Positions 24,947 to 37,704 of a stretch of DNA of 64,000 nucleotides are shown in pieces. This stretch comes from Psilocybe cubensis (lineage: Eukaryota): the NCBI GenBank assembly GCA_017499595.2, contig CM039002.1, positions 1,674,001 to 1,738,000 on the forward strand. Reading direction: 5' to 3'. Both the position numbers and the translations under genes were made by a program. The notes under the pieces were generated by a model. The model was given only the letters and a program-made list of their open reading frames with translations, did no database searches and was not told where the DNA came from. How positions within the stretch are numbered: position 1 is the first letter of the stretch; each line of letters starts with the position of its first letter.

Positions 24947-26834
24947 TCACCAGTAATTAATAACAAATTTCTCGTCCCATCCTTTGATGTTTTCACCTTG
25001 GCGAATCAAGTCTTCAATCAGCTCCGTAGCCCAAATACTAGTATGTTCTACGGCTGAATGTCTCTTGCGTAAATTGCGAAACCATGGAACCTAGAGAAAA
25101 TATGAAGGAATATCCTGCGCACAGAATGTTATTGTACGCACCAAGGTCCGTTTTTTTTTTGTTTTTGGGATGAGATTCAAAATATCTAGTGAAGGTATCA
25201 TTAACTTTCAACCTCAACGCTGAAAAAAGAGGTAGCAACATACCGTCAGTCTCGACAATGATATGCGACTTGAAAATTGCTTCCATCAGAGAGCCCCAAT
25301 CAGAGATGAAGCTACTTTGCATACACCTGGAAATCAATGGTGCCCTGGAGAGCTCTCGAATTCCAGTATCCTGACCAATGTTTGCAAAACGCGACCATAT
25401 GTAATCATCAACCAGAGCTAGCCTAGCATCTGGATGCTGTAGGTGAAAAGTTTAGTTCAGGCCAACTGTATAAACGCCAATAAGATATACCTTTGAAAAC
25501 ATGACTTGCAGAATAAGATCTGATGGATGAAATGGATACTACACGTTGTCAGAAGCAGCCTCAGGAAGTTTGATTACAACTCACATTACGAACCCGAACC
25601 TGCCGTTCTTTATTGCTCTCATTATCATCGCTATCAGTGCTGCTGTCGTCAGGATCATTGTCAGTACTGTGGTTGCTGCCGTCCCTGTTGGTACTGCGGC
25701 TTAGTTCGTTGTTACTGACATCAGATCCCTGGTGAATAGATTCTTTTTTGTCTGTCTTTGGAGGGGTTATATTGTCTGAAGTTGGGGGTTTTGAGGGCAA
25801 TGAGGAAATGGGCGTATCCTCAGGGGGTATGTCGTTGACTTGCCAGTTCCATTCAGGGTCGGAAAGTGCTAGCTTTATTCCGCGGATAAACAAACAATAT
25901 TCTTGACCTTTAGGCCCGTCCCTCTGATAGACGTGGAGTCTCTCTTGAGGTCCGCAATGCATGTGATTATTCGAGAATTCAAAAGATGTGCACCTACTCC
26001 CTAGAAAGCCTTTGCGAGGAAAGATGGCTGCTGAGAACGATGGCGCTTTATCGCATCCTGTGATGATATAGATGCCACCGTTAGGAATCCGATACGGCAC
26101 TTTCCCGTTGTTGAAGTATTGTATCCAACGTTCAGCGTGTGTATTTATGTATTCCTGAAAGCGAGATATGCCTTTGAACTCTTCTCTGCTAGCACCACCC
26201 GGCAGAGAAAGAGCGACCGCTTCTGGCTCCGAAGACTTGAACTTGAGGTGACTGTCCGCAAATATCAGTCTGAGTGAGATATATACGATTCTAGACGTAC
26301 GGAGGAGATTCAGAAACCCGAGTGACATCGACACCATTACTTACAATAACAGATCCAGGCAAAAAATAATCAGGTATTCTCAAGATCTCGTTGTCGGTGG
26401 GAGGTTCCAATGGGAAGTATCCCTCTGGAAACCCCTCGGTAAACATCTGGTTCAAAGGATCGTTGCTTGGGAGAAAAAGATTGAATACAAATACGAAATT
26501 GCCCCACTCGTTTAAATATCCGACATCTCCCACCTCCACGGATCGCTTGGAATATGGCTCTGGTAGTTGTGGTGTGTAGCCAATCCACGTTGGAAATCCG
26601 TTGCCTAACATAGAAAGAGCACGGCAATATATGTCTGGTGGGTTATGTTCGCGAGGTTCGATCAAATTCGGAAAGCCAGCAACATGCTGTATTTTACTGA
26701 AAGCCGGTGACGCGGGGCCATTGTCCTCTGAAAAACAGTCAATTTCAACCCTGCCTTTGTACATTTTATTGGTAAAATTCACCATGTTGTTTTGCAGCAT
26801 TGGCTCTAAGTTCCGGGACGCTGAGCCTTCTCAT
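24947..26834 (-). CDS. Family A copy A6 (most divergent)
   Basis: ATG at 26834. ORFs 26291-26800, 25561-26337 and 25038-25337. Ends IWATELIEDLIRQGENIKGWDEKFVINYW-TGA. Confidence 0.8.
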
Positions 26835-27163
26835 GTTTGAGTGGCACTTGGCGACCGACAAGTTCTCGCACGTATGGAATACAAGCTTAGAACAGAGACG
26901 AAGGTCAGCGAGAGAGAAGTTATCAACTCGAATTAAAACTCAAGTTGAATGTGGAACGGTCTAAGTGCCATACGGATTGGACGTGAGGGCCGTGAGACGA
27001 TCATTATTGATGGCAAATACTTGATGACTGGACGCGCTTCGCTCAGGCTGGCGGCCCGCGGGGCTCGTTTGTCTTTGTACGGTGCAGAGAGGCTATGCTA
27101 GGCAACTGCGGATTGAATATTGATTTGTTACCCGTCGAGCACTAGCTCAAGCAGTCCCTCGAC

Positions 27164-27748
27164 ATGATTATCATCGCCCAGGATATCGATGGCACGACTA
27201 ATGTCGACACATCCGATGCAGCGTCGACCAACACGCTCGTCAGCAAGGAGCAAAGGATCCCTCCCCATCTCGTAAAGCTCATCTTTGCATCCCTCTTCAT
27301 GTCGACACTCGCGTTCAGTTTCTCGATTTTGAACAGCGTAGATGTAGTCAATATTGTATCTGACGGTGTCGTTGCACCTATTCTGGCGTATATCTTCACT
27401 CTCCCTCATCACGGCGCCGCCCTGTTGCTGAAATGGCTTCAGCACCACGATATGGCGTCCATTCTTTCCTTTTCCCCAACATCCACGCGTTCCCTGTGGT
27501 ATTCAGCCGGACTAGTTATCCTGTGGCTTACATCAGTCTCGATAAGCTGCAGGAACATCAACTACACCATTACCTTTGAACCAGCAGATCTTGAATGGTC
27601 GGCAGAGGCCACGGTAGTTACTTCGGTGTTGGAATTTACATTGATTCTGGCCATTGCTCTTGTTTGCTTCCTACATTATCGACGGCAACAAAATCCCGGG
27701 CAACAAGAGCCACCAACCGTTGCAGAGCATAAATCAGTTGAGGTGTAA
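27164..27748 (+). CDS. Hypothetical multi-pass (about 4 TM) membrane protein
   Basis: Intronless 194-aa ORF with about four hydrophobic segments; tandem paralogue at 28429. Confidence 0.75.
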   Translation: MIIIAQDIDGTTNVDTSDAASTNTLVSKEQRIPPHLVKLIFASLFMSTLAFSFSILNSVDVVNIVSDGVVAPILAYIFTLPHHGAALLLKWLQHHDMASILSFSPTSTRSLWYSAGLVILWLTSVSISCRNINYTITFEPADLEWSAEATVVTSVLEFTLILAIALVCFLHYRRQQNPGQQEPPTVAEHKSVEV

Positions 27749-28428
27749 TAAGCAAAGTTTTTGTTCTTTGTTACGTTGGCATTAAGGTGAGCACCTAACG
27801 CAGGCGTTTGCATATATCACATAGGTTGTTTGAATCTGATAGATCAATGTGAAAATAGGTGGCTATCTTCTTCAATATACATACTACCCCGTGGCAGGGC
27901 AGCATGAGCATGCGTCGCGGTTAGGCAATCCGAAGGGGTTGGGGCGTTGGCTGCAGTAGACAAGTGTGAACACGAGCAGAAGTAAATGTTTACATTACCA
28001 CTGGGACTCGTAGCGGACAACATATTCCCTGGACAAAAATAGCAGTCATTTCTATCAATGTACCCATAACATAGTCAAGGAAAGATCTTATAGTGTAGGT
28101 AAAGATAACCATTTAGGCAGAGGCGCTTAAGATTTTCTAATTTTAGATGACAATTCTTGTCTCAGAATATCTGTCGCGGCTGCAACAGAATCATGAACTT
28201 TGAAAATATCAAGAGCCGAACAAAAGAGATAAAATACATCCTGACGATTCCAAGGTACAATTCTAGACAGTCCGAGGAGAATGCAGGCCTTACCCTTGGC
28301 CGTGGATGTCGGTAACGGCTGAGGTTCCGACATTCGATGTCCTTTTTACGTAGTGAGTTGTACAGTAGGGGTCAGACGCAAGTCTGAGGGTGCTTTCGCC
28401 CTACTCGAAGTATCTCTCAGTATCTACC

Positions 28429-29017
28429 ATGATCATCAACGCCCTAGACACTCATGGGACAGCCGTCACAGATACGTCCGACGCAGTATCGACCAACACC
28501 CTGGTCAGCGATGAACAGAAAATTCCCAAATATTTCGCAAGACTTGTTGCCGCTTCACTCGTCATATCGACACTTGCTTTCTCATTTTCCGTCGTGAACA
28601 ACGTCAGGTCAAAAAATGTCATTTCAGGGCGTAGTCGCACCCATCCTGGCCTTTATATTCACCCTTCCCCACCACGGGGCGACGCTGTTATTGAAATGGC
28701 TCCAACACCACGACATGGCATCCATTCTGCCTTTCTCTCCGACATCAGTTCCTGCACTTGTATATTCTTCGACGCTTGTCGTATTCTGGATTACCTCACT
28801 CGGTATATGCGTCAGAAACATCGCGTACGTTCTCCGATTTGAGCCAAATCTTACGCCCAATTGGTCAGCGAAAGGGACGGTTGCAACTACAGTCCTGGAG
28901 TCAGCTCTGATAGTGGTTATCACCTTTATGTCCTTCTTACGCTATCGTCGGGAGCGTATCACAAGCCAGTCTGAGCCGACACCTGTGACACCTCAGTCCG
29001 AGCTGAAGGCTATTTGA
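28429..29017 (+). pseudogene. Frameshifted paralogue of the 27164 membrane protein
   Basis: MIINALD...NVIS and GVVAPILAFIFTLPHHG are in different frames. Two bases are missing near 28627 relative to the paralogue's SDGVV. This could be a sequencing error. Confidence 0.65.
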
Positions 29018-29256
29018 GTTTGAGGTGAGAGGAAACCAGAGAAATAGCTTGAAGGTGAGTCCTGAATTAAAGTTGATTTCTCAACCGGTTTTGATATGGA
29101 AGTGTAGAGTTTCGTGGAATGTGCGCATGCATTGGAAGTAGAGACAAGCTCAAGTGACATGCCGTTCAAGAGAGGACACGACTGAAAGCAATAGATAATT
29201 AAGTAAACAGCAGACAAAAAATGGTATATAATACTCCACGAAACACAGATCATTGT

Positions 29257-30084
29257 TCAATACCTTCGCCGGTCAGGAGAAATATCCCGGTCGATGGTCG
29301 AATCCCGTCTTCGATAGCCGTCCCTGTCTCTTGGTCTGTATATTGAATCGTGTTCTGGGCCCCTTTCTCTGGCTGCATGTCTACGACGTCGTTCCGATTG
29401 TGGAGTTGGGCTGCGACTACGACTACGAGGCCGCCGGTCTGAAGGACTCCGCCTTTCTGTAGAACGGTACCTGGGGGAACGGGAGCGAGAACGTCTGCGA
29501 GACGGACGGTCGGAAAGTTCGCGGACCTCGTGTGCTCCGCTTTTACTCATCTTCTTGAGTTCCTTCCTGGCACGCTTTTCAGCCTTGCGCTCTTCCTTTA
29601 ATCGGCGCCTTTCCTCCTTGTCCTTGTCCTTGTCTTTGGATTTTGAGTCGACCATTTTAGGTTCGCCAGAGGAAGATGATGCGACAGGGATTGAATTTGC
29701 GCCTGAGGTTTTCCCACCTGTTTTAGAAGCTGGCTCGAACCCTCTGCAAGACTGTAAGCACAAGCACAGTAGATATTAACGTGAAAACGTACAATGCGAC
29801 GGCCAGAGCATCTGCTTCCATTTCTTTTATCTTTCTAATTTCTTCTGCTCTTTCCTCTGCGGTCTTGTCGACGTCACGGTTGTACCAATGAACATCCTTG
29901 TTCTTTTGCCACCGGCCAGTTGGTGCGTTAATACTATGGCCCAGATAATTCTATGAATCAAGTGAGCAGTAGATCGTGACACAGTCAATGATAACTATAC
30001 CTCTCTGTCTTTATCCGCTGAGACGTCTGACCATTTGAACTCTGCTTGTCCTCCTCGAGTGCCGCCGCGAACGGGTTCGAACAT
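29257..30084 (-). CDS. MMTAG2-like (kinase phosphorylation domain) protein with RS-rich tail
   Basis: MFEPVRGGTRGGQAEFKWSDVSADKDRE/NYLGHSINAPTGRWQKNKDVHWY is the family's N-terminal signature; two introns. Confidence 0.88.
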
Positions 30085-30205
30085 GGTGATGGTATTAAGC
30101 AAGGGGTTCAAGTTGCTTTGTGCTTGTTGACGCCAAAAGGCACGCAGCAGCTGTGGGTCACGCATGGTTGTGACCTTTAGCACTTGGTCTTGTTCTTAAC
30201 TGGCC

Positions 30206-33200
30206 ATGCCCTCCAAACGGACTGTCCAGCCAGAAAAATCCGGCATCCTCTCTGGTGTATTCAGTCTTCTCAGCAGGGAGTTTGATTCTTTTGTGGCCAG
30301 TGCCACCGGCTCCTCATCATATGTGCGCCAAAGTTGGGTTTTTCTTGCTCCGGCGTTGTCTAATTAACGCGTTTTTTTTCGCGCAGGGTCCATCCAGCTC
30401 TCGACAGTTGTTGGAAGATGAAAGCGAAGAATTTGATGACGATTCGCAGGATGAGGGTGAGGATATTCTGCATGAAGGATGGGACGAGCCTTCGCCGCCT
30501 CGCAAACGCCCTCGGAACTCGCGACATGAACGCCGCGCATCGACTCCCCCCAAGGCTCGTCAACACGCGCCATCCCGTAAACGTCCTGCACAACCACCCC
30601 CAGAAGATGCAGTACAGTCGGACGAAGGTGCTTTCTTGACTTATCTGACGTGACTTTACGGATTTTAATTGTAGATATGCAGACGTTGACAATTCCGAGG
30701 AATCCCATCGCTCTCGGTCTCCTCCTCCCCCTCCCCCACGAACTCTCAAGCGTCGCCCTTCGATGACCATGCCAGGGTCTCTTTTCATTCGCTCGCCCTC
30801 TCTAGAACCACAAGCACAAACTCGCAAACGCGACCGACGCCAGCGCGTCCGGTTCTCTTCTAAGAATCCAGGATCACCATCCAACAGACAAACATCTCCC
30901 TCGCCCCAACGAGAAGACCCGCCCGTAGATAGCCCTCGCAGACGCAACCTGCTATCTCCCTCCGTCAGGTCTGCTGTGGATCGATTCCACGACGACGATG
31001 CCGATCCGTCGCTTCTCCTACCGAGCCCGACAAAATCACCACACGCGTCGGGGAAAATCCAGTACACCGACACCGCGCGCCCGCCTTCGAATTCTGAGGG
31101 CTCGCCTACGCTTAGCAGGAAGGATAAAGGTAAAGCGCGCGCCTTGGATCCAAGTTCCAACGAAGAGTCGGAGACATCCGGCTACCTGCGCATGGAAGGA
31201 AAGGAGAGGGAGCTTATTGCTGCCCGAGAGGAGTTGGATAGGAATCAGCGTCGTGAAGAAGCTAATAATGAAGGCGGTTCTGCTCGGGCGGAATCAGATC
31301 GTGATGCGGACAAGGCGAGAATAAGAGAGCTCGAGATGGAAATTGAGAGGCTGAAGGCAGAGGTATGCACTCCAGACGGTGTTCAGATACCTAACAACTA
31401 AGTGTATTACTCTAGCTAATGAGGAGACCGAGTTCAGGCTTAGGCGGGGTACCACCACCGCCACCGCCGCCGCCTCCTCCCCCTCTCAACTTTCCCAAGA
31501 AAAACCTTATTTCAATATCATCCGACGCAGACCCACATAACCTTTTCGCTTCAGCGCGCGCATCTCTCAAACACGCACCTACCCCAGTCGAAAACCCCAT
31601 CGTGCCCCTTCGCAAGGTAGGCGTATCGTCAATGGGCATTGCCCCGGAAAAGATGGCTGCGTTCCTCAACGAGATGAAGACGGTGCGTTTGAGAAAAACG
31701 TCGGAACGGGCGGCGTTGGCGGGCACGAGCGGTTCTGGGGCTAATGCGAGCTTTTCGGGTACCTCTTCGACGGCTGCGAATAGCAGCTTCGCTCTCCCGC
31801 CCAGAAGACAGTCGATGTCTTCGTTGCAACGGCCGCAACTTGATAATTCCATTTCAAGTAGTAGACCCCGCCCAGTAGCACCGTCGACATCAACGTCATC
31901 TAGTACTGTGATTGGCGAGAAACGCAAACGAGTTGACGATACTAGTACGTTTACACTTTACGCGCCCATGTATTTTTTTTTTGCTAATCTTTCTCTATGC
32001 TTAGGTGGTCCTTCGAAACGACACACTGGTGTTTCGTCAGCCGAGTCCAGCTTTGCATCAGCTTCGACGTCGTCTCGTTCTTTACCACCAGGCTCCTCGA
32101 TACCCACCACCTCCCTCTCCCGCCCCATCCATCCAGGAAAACAGGCCAATATACCCAACAGCAATACCACAACCTCCACATCTCGTACACTTCCCAACAA
32201 CAACAACAAATTCATGCAACCTAGAGGCGGCAACCCGACACCATCCATCACCTCCGCGCCGACACCGTCGCTCTGTTCGGACAACGAAGCCGAAAGGGAA
32301 GATACGAGCCCGTACGACCGGCCTCCGTCTACGCCGCCGATTGACGATGGAGTGTCGGTGGGAGGAGCTGGGGCTGGGGGGCCGTCGCGGGCGTTCTTTA
32401 GGTTCCGCGGGAATGGGATACCTGTTGATGCGGGTGAGGTTAGTAGATCGCGTGGTAGGATTAAGGACGCGCGTATGGATGTTTCGGTTTCGAATTTCCG
32501 GGGACATGAGGGCGACGATGAAGATGAGGAGGGTGGTGAAGAAGAGGATGAGGAAGTAGATGAGGAAGAGGAAGAGGATGTGGAGATGGGCGAGGATATT
32601 TTGCCTGCTTCTTTGCAACGCCCCACAGCACCGTCGCGGCCTCTGGCTTCAGCACCGATTCGAACGCCGACTCCGCAAGAATTGCGAGGTGAACCTGTAC
32701 AGCGAGGTGCTGGTGCACAAAAGCAGCAGCAGCAACAACAACAACAGCAGCAGCAGCAGCAAGCGAAACCGAAATCCAAGCCAAATGTATTTGCCAAACG
32801 TCCACCGTCAACGCCATTTCCAAATAAATCCCCTCGAAGACCACGTCCGCCCAACTCTAATTCATCTCGTCCGCAACGACATGTTGTGCCCATGGCTTCT
32901 ACGCGGAAGGATGATGAAGACAATAGGGAGATCTCTGGTGGGGGTAATCGGAATCAGAGGGGGAGAGAGGAGGCGGAGGAGGAGGACCCGCTTTCGTTGT
33001 TGTTCTCGTCGCCTGGGAGCATGCGCCCTCCTCCTGTGCCGCCGGCGCGCGGAGCTCAGGTGTCGTCGTCGGACCGTGAGTCTGTGGATGTGGCGAGGAA
33101 GGCTGCTGGAAAGGCTGCTGCTAAGGAGGCGAATGCGCGGACTGAATCACGTCAGCGCGCGAAGCCTCTTCAATCTAAACCTGAACCTGAAGCAGAGTAT

Positions 33201-34388
33201 GAGCACGGGTACGAAGAGGAACGACGGGAGAACATGTTCGAGCGCGAGTTTGGGCGCGAAAGCGAAAGTGACCGCGAGCGCGAAATGGAGGATGAACATG
33301 AACATGATTATGAGCCGCCGTCGTCGCCATCTGTGCGGCGAAAGCGCACGCGCTCGCAATCTCGTTCGTCGGTTAACACGTCTGCGTCGCTGTCTAGAAT
33401 GGCGCAGGCGCGGATGCAGCCGCCTACGCCGCCGCCTCAACCTCAACCACGCACCCAGCGTCACGAGCATGCGCAACAGCAATCGGAGCTCCAGCGCTCG
33501 ACGTCCCAATCCCAATCCCAATCCCAATCGCACTCGAGACGCCCGTCGTCCCGCACGAGCAGACGTCTAACGCTCGATGAAGAGCTGCGTAATGCCGTTT
33601 CTGCCTTTTCGCGCGATATGAACGAGGAAGCGATGGAGGTCGCTGCGGCTGCCGAGCGTGATCGTGTTGATGCAGATGCAGGCAGTAGTGGCGGTCATGG
33701 GCATGGGCATGACGAGCGGGATGAGGCGTTTGAGAGCGGGGCGTATACGGGAGTTGGTATGCGCAGCAAGAAGAGGGGGTTTTTGGCGCATGGAGGGGCG
33801 GGTGGGACGCCGGTGTTTATGGGTGTTGGGTATGTCGAGGGTGCTGAGGAGGATGAGGAGGATGAGGAGGAGAGGGAGAGAGAAAGAGAAGAACGAGAGA
33901 GGGAAAGGAAGGTACAGGAGAGGGAGAAGCGTGAACGGGAGAGGGAGAGGGAAAGAGAGAGAGAAAGGGAACGGCAAGAGAGGGAACGGCAAGAGCAGGA
34001 AAGAGCAAGGCAGGAGCAAGAGCAGCAAAGAGAACGAGAAAGACAAGAGAGGGAGAGACATGAACAGGAAAAGGCCAGGCGCGATGTTCGTCGCGAGTCC
34101 CATTCGCGTGCGCGCACCCGTCCTCAGGATCGCAAACGTGCATCGAGCCGCGCAGATCCATTTGACTTTGGAGGCGTCGAAGACGAGCCTGAACACGAAC
34201 CTCAACCTCAACCTGAGCATGTCTATGAACCTGAACCCGAACCTGAACCTGAAAATCCAGATGAAGATCCTGGTCCAGGGAACGGGGACGACGACGAGTA
34301 CATCCCCTCCCCCGTTCGCGCGCCAGCCAAGGTGAAGCCTAAAACGACAAAGGCTAATTTCAAGTCGAGAATCCCGCGAAGGCGGTAG
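30206..34388 (+). CDS. Large low-complexity protein (coiled coil, polyproline, WH2-like motif, polyQ, ER repeats)
   Basis: ATG at 30206 (MPSKRTVQPEKSGILSGVFSLLSREFDSFV). Short introns link ORFs 30255-30653, 30763-31401 and 31419-34388. Confidence 0.75.
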
Positions 34389-35782
34389 TGGTTCCCTTGC
34401 ATTGCATTACATTGCATGGCCCGCTGTCAGCTGTGGATGTGTGATATCTTTTGGTCTCTCTCTCTCTTTTTTGTATGTTCATTTTTTTGGATTTACTAGT
34501 ATAGTACTTTTGGGTATACTTTATTTTATCACGTATCTCCCGCTATTTCTCTGTGGATTGAAGGGACGTGAATTGTACGCGCCCCCGCCACGAGTCGTTG
34601 CCATTTATCCATTTCCATCTCTATTTTATTCTCAACCGTCGCTATTCTTCAGTGCTATCTTGTTATCCCAATCTCCTTTTCCTCCTTTTCAATTTGGTTT
34701 CTTCGTGTGTTGTTTTTTCTTTTCTTCATTTTTTTTTCATTTTCTTGGTTATGTATGTGTGTCGCATGTAACTGTCTGTTGATTTCTTAAATGTTGAATT
34801 TTGATCATTTGTCCTGTTCTCCTCTCCTGTAGCTCTTGCTCTTCGATCGGTTTCAAAGTTCTTCGATCGAAGGTTGATTCTTTATTTGTTTATGTGTGTC
34901 GGTGTGTCGCTTTGTTTTGTTAAGCGCCGAACACTCGCATGACCCTTTGCTAAGGTAAGTAAGATTGGGATTGGGAAGCATGCAGTAGTCCATGATTCAA
35001 AATTTCAGAGCACGTACGATACGTATCCTATTCCTAAGTATATAATAAATATCAGATCAGATCATGAAAGAAGAATGAATGAACAGGGGGTTGGATGCTA
35101 TACTACTATAAAGTAAATATATACGTGACGAAAAAAGAAATGAAAACAAATAGAGAGATAAACAAAAAAAATAAGCAAGGTGTGAAGTGCGAGGTGAAAG
35201 GTGTAAGGTGGGTAAATCGTATCCATGAAAAGGGGGGATTGGTGTGTGTGGGTGCGTGGGTGGGCAGGTGGGGAGGGAGGAAGGGGGGAGGGAGGAAGGG
35301 GTGAAGGGGGAAGCGAGAGGGGGGATATACAAAGGGAAATATAAACGTAGATACTTTGTACTAAACTATGTAGTAGTCGTCGTCGTGCATCGTGCATCGT
35401 GCATCGTCAAATCACAATCACAATCTCAATCAGTCCGTTCGTGTGCGGGTGCGGGTGCGGGTGCACAGCAACAAAAGAAAAAAAAAATTACAACGGCTCC
35501 TGCGCCTGCCTGCTTTTGCGTCGTGTGCTTCAGAGTCGGAGTCGGAGTCGGAGTCGTGGTCGTAGTGGTATCCGCCGTCCGCGTTCTCATCGTCAACAGT
35601 TGCATCAGTAATCGTCTCATCATCCTCGTCATCGTCCTCGTCCTCATCATCGTCCTCGTCCTCGTCTAAATGTCCGTGAAATCATGACCCCCCAATCCAA
35701 AAAATTCCATATCCAAATCCAAATATTCTCACACCCTCACACCCTCATCCTTCCTCCTTCCAACCACCACCAGTACCACCCA

Positions 35783-37481
35783 CTACCGATACCCAGAATA
35801 CCCCTCATACCCCGGTGGCCCCCCCGTCGGCGACCCCCCTCCCCCTCCTCCACCTCCTCCACCCTTCACAGACGCACGCACAGCCGCATACGGATCCGCA
35901 TACTGCATCGTCCTGCTCACCATCGGCCCGCCCATATCCGGATCGGGCAGTACGGGCGGTCCCGGTGCTGTGCTGCTGCGTATAGGCGACGAAGATGAGG
36001 TGGTGTATGAGGGTGTTGAGTATGGTTGTTGGGGGTGTGGGTGGGAGTGGGAGTGGGAATGGGGAGGGAGAGAGGCGGTGCCGAAGCCTGATGGTGCGGG
36101 ATCGGAGAATGCGCCGTATGCGTCCATGCTTGGCCGGCCTGCGAGCGGCTGGTGTAGGTGTGCGGGTGTATACGCACCACCTCCGTACCGCTGCTGCTGC
36201 TGCTGCTGTGACGGGTACGGATCCGCAAAAGGCGATTGCGCTTGCGATGCAGAAGGATCGTCGTACGCGGACTGCCGGCGGCCAGGTGCAGGCGCGGAGA
36301 CGTGCATGTACGACGCGTCGTCGTCGTCCGCGTCGCCTTCACCGTCGTCGTGTGCGCCTGGAGGCGGACGCTGGAATGGCGGGTCGCGGTGCGCGTGGGC
36401 GTGGAGTCGGCCGGCGCGCCAGTCTAGCACGAGCATCACGAGCGAGGCGGCCCAGAAGCCTGTGCCAGATGGTGAGGTGGTGAGGAAGAAATTAGAGAAG
36501 GGAGGGAGGGGAGGGAGGGAGACGCACCGAATGTGAACCAGAAAAAGATGGATCCTGCCTTTTTGGTGCTGCACCACCCTGGAAGACCATTTTTGAAGTC
36601 GTCGCCGAGCTCCTCCGAGTGCGGGTCGTTGTCTTTGTTCTTGCACCCAGGCTGCGTCCACGCTGAAATGGTCGTCACGAATCTGCGCGAAATGTGCATG
36701 TGTGTAAGCCTCGCGTCTCGCGTATCAAACAAGAGAGAGAGAGACGCACGCGATGAGGAGGCTGAATGTCACGCCTGTGCCTGTGAGAATGAAGCCTACG
36801 CGGACCTCTTTGAGCGCGCGCGCGAGGCGGACGAATTTATCGTATTTCTCGTAGGCGACGGGGACGCCGAGCATGAATGCGGAGAGGAACATGCCGGAGA
36901 TGGACACGAAGAGCGCGAATCCTGTCAGGCCGGCTTTGTGTGTGGGGATAGAGTTAGACGCGTTAAGGACAAGCAGGGAAAGAACGCACAAGGCCCGACA
37001 TGCCATTTTGCTTGAAAGCCCGCTACGCTCGCGAAACATGCCATAGCGAGAAAGTTGAAGAATATCTGCGAGGCGTGCAGAACGATAGTCGGCTTTGACA
37101 CGATCATCTGTATGTAAGGGAGAGGAGTTCAGGTCAGATTTCAGCGGTGGTGCACAAATACGTGAGAAAAGAGGGCGACGCGGCGGACCCAGATCCAGAC
37201 GAGCCATACGGGCGGAACGAGGAGGAGGAGCGCGTAGAGTGCTTCGCTGTGCGCCATTGCACTCCGTTCGTTGCTCAGAGTTTCATGCAAGTTGGAGGAG
37301 AAGGGGGATTTTACGTAAAGGAGAAGAGGTGGAGCTAGTCTGGTCTGGTTCGTATGAAAGCAATGCTACTCACGTCGTCGTCGACGGGGCCCATGCCGCT
37401 GCTGCCTATGCCTGCGGGCTTTGCATGTTTGGAAGGCGCAAACCTGCCAGCGAGGTCTGATATCTTGTCGAGGAGGGGCAT
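35783..37481 (-). CDS. MARVEL-domain membrane protein with Pro/Gly/Tyr-rich cytoplasmic tail
   Basis: Exons IVSKPTIVLHASQIFFNFLAMACFASVAGFQAKWHVGP, GLTGFALFVSISGMFLSAFML...RVGFILTG and CSTKKAGSIFFWFTF form a four-TM pattern with a Cys loop. Confidence 0.75.
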
Positions 37482-37704
37482 GGTGGTGGGTGAAGAGCAA
37501 GAGCAGCGTTCAAGCAAATGAGCAAAGCTGTGTTGATGTCAAGCAAGTGCAAGCACGTGGACTACTGCGCTACGCCTACGCCTATACTAATCCGATAAAA
37601 ATCAATCAAAAAAAAAGACAAACGACCGTCCGTTGTGATAATTAACTTGGAGCAAGCATGTAATACTATATTATTTCGACTGCTTTTTGCTATGTTTCTA
37701 ATGC

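Noticed and set aside
1-26834. RIP-like hypermutation of the duplicates
   Set aside because: Most copies keep open frames and no obvious directional C-to-T excess is visible by eye; a substitution-spectrum count would be needed.
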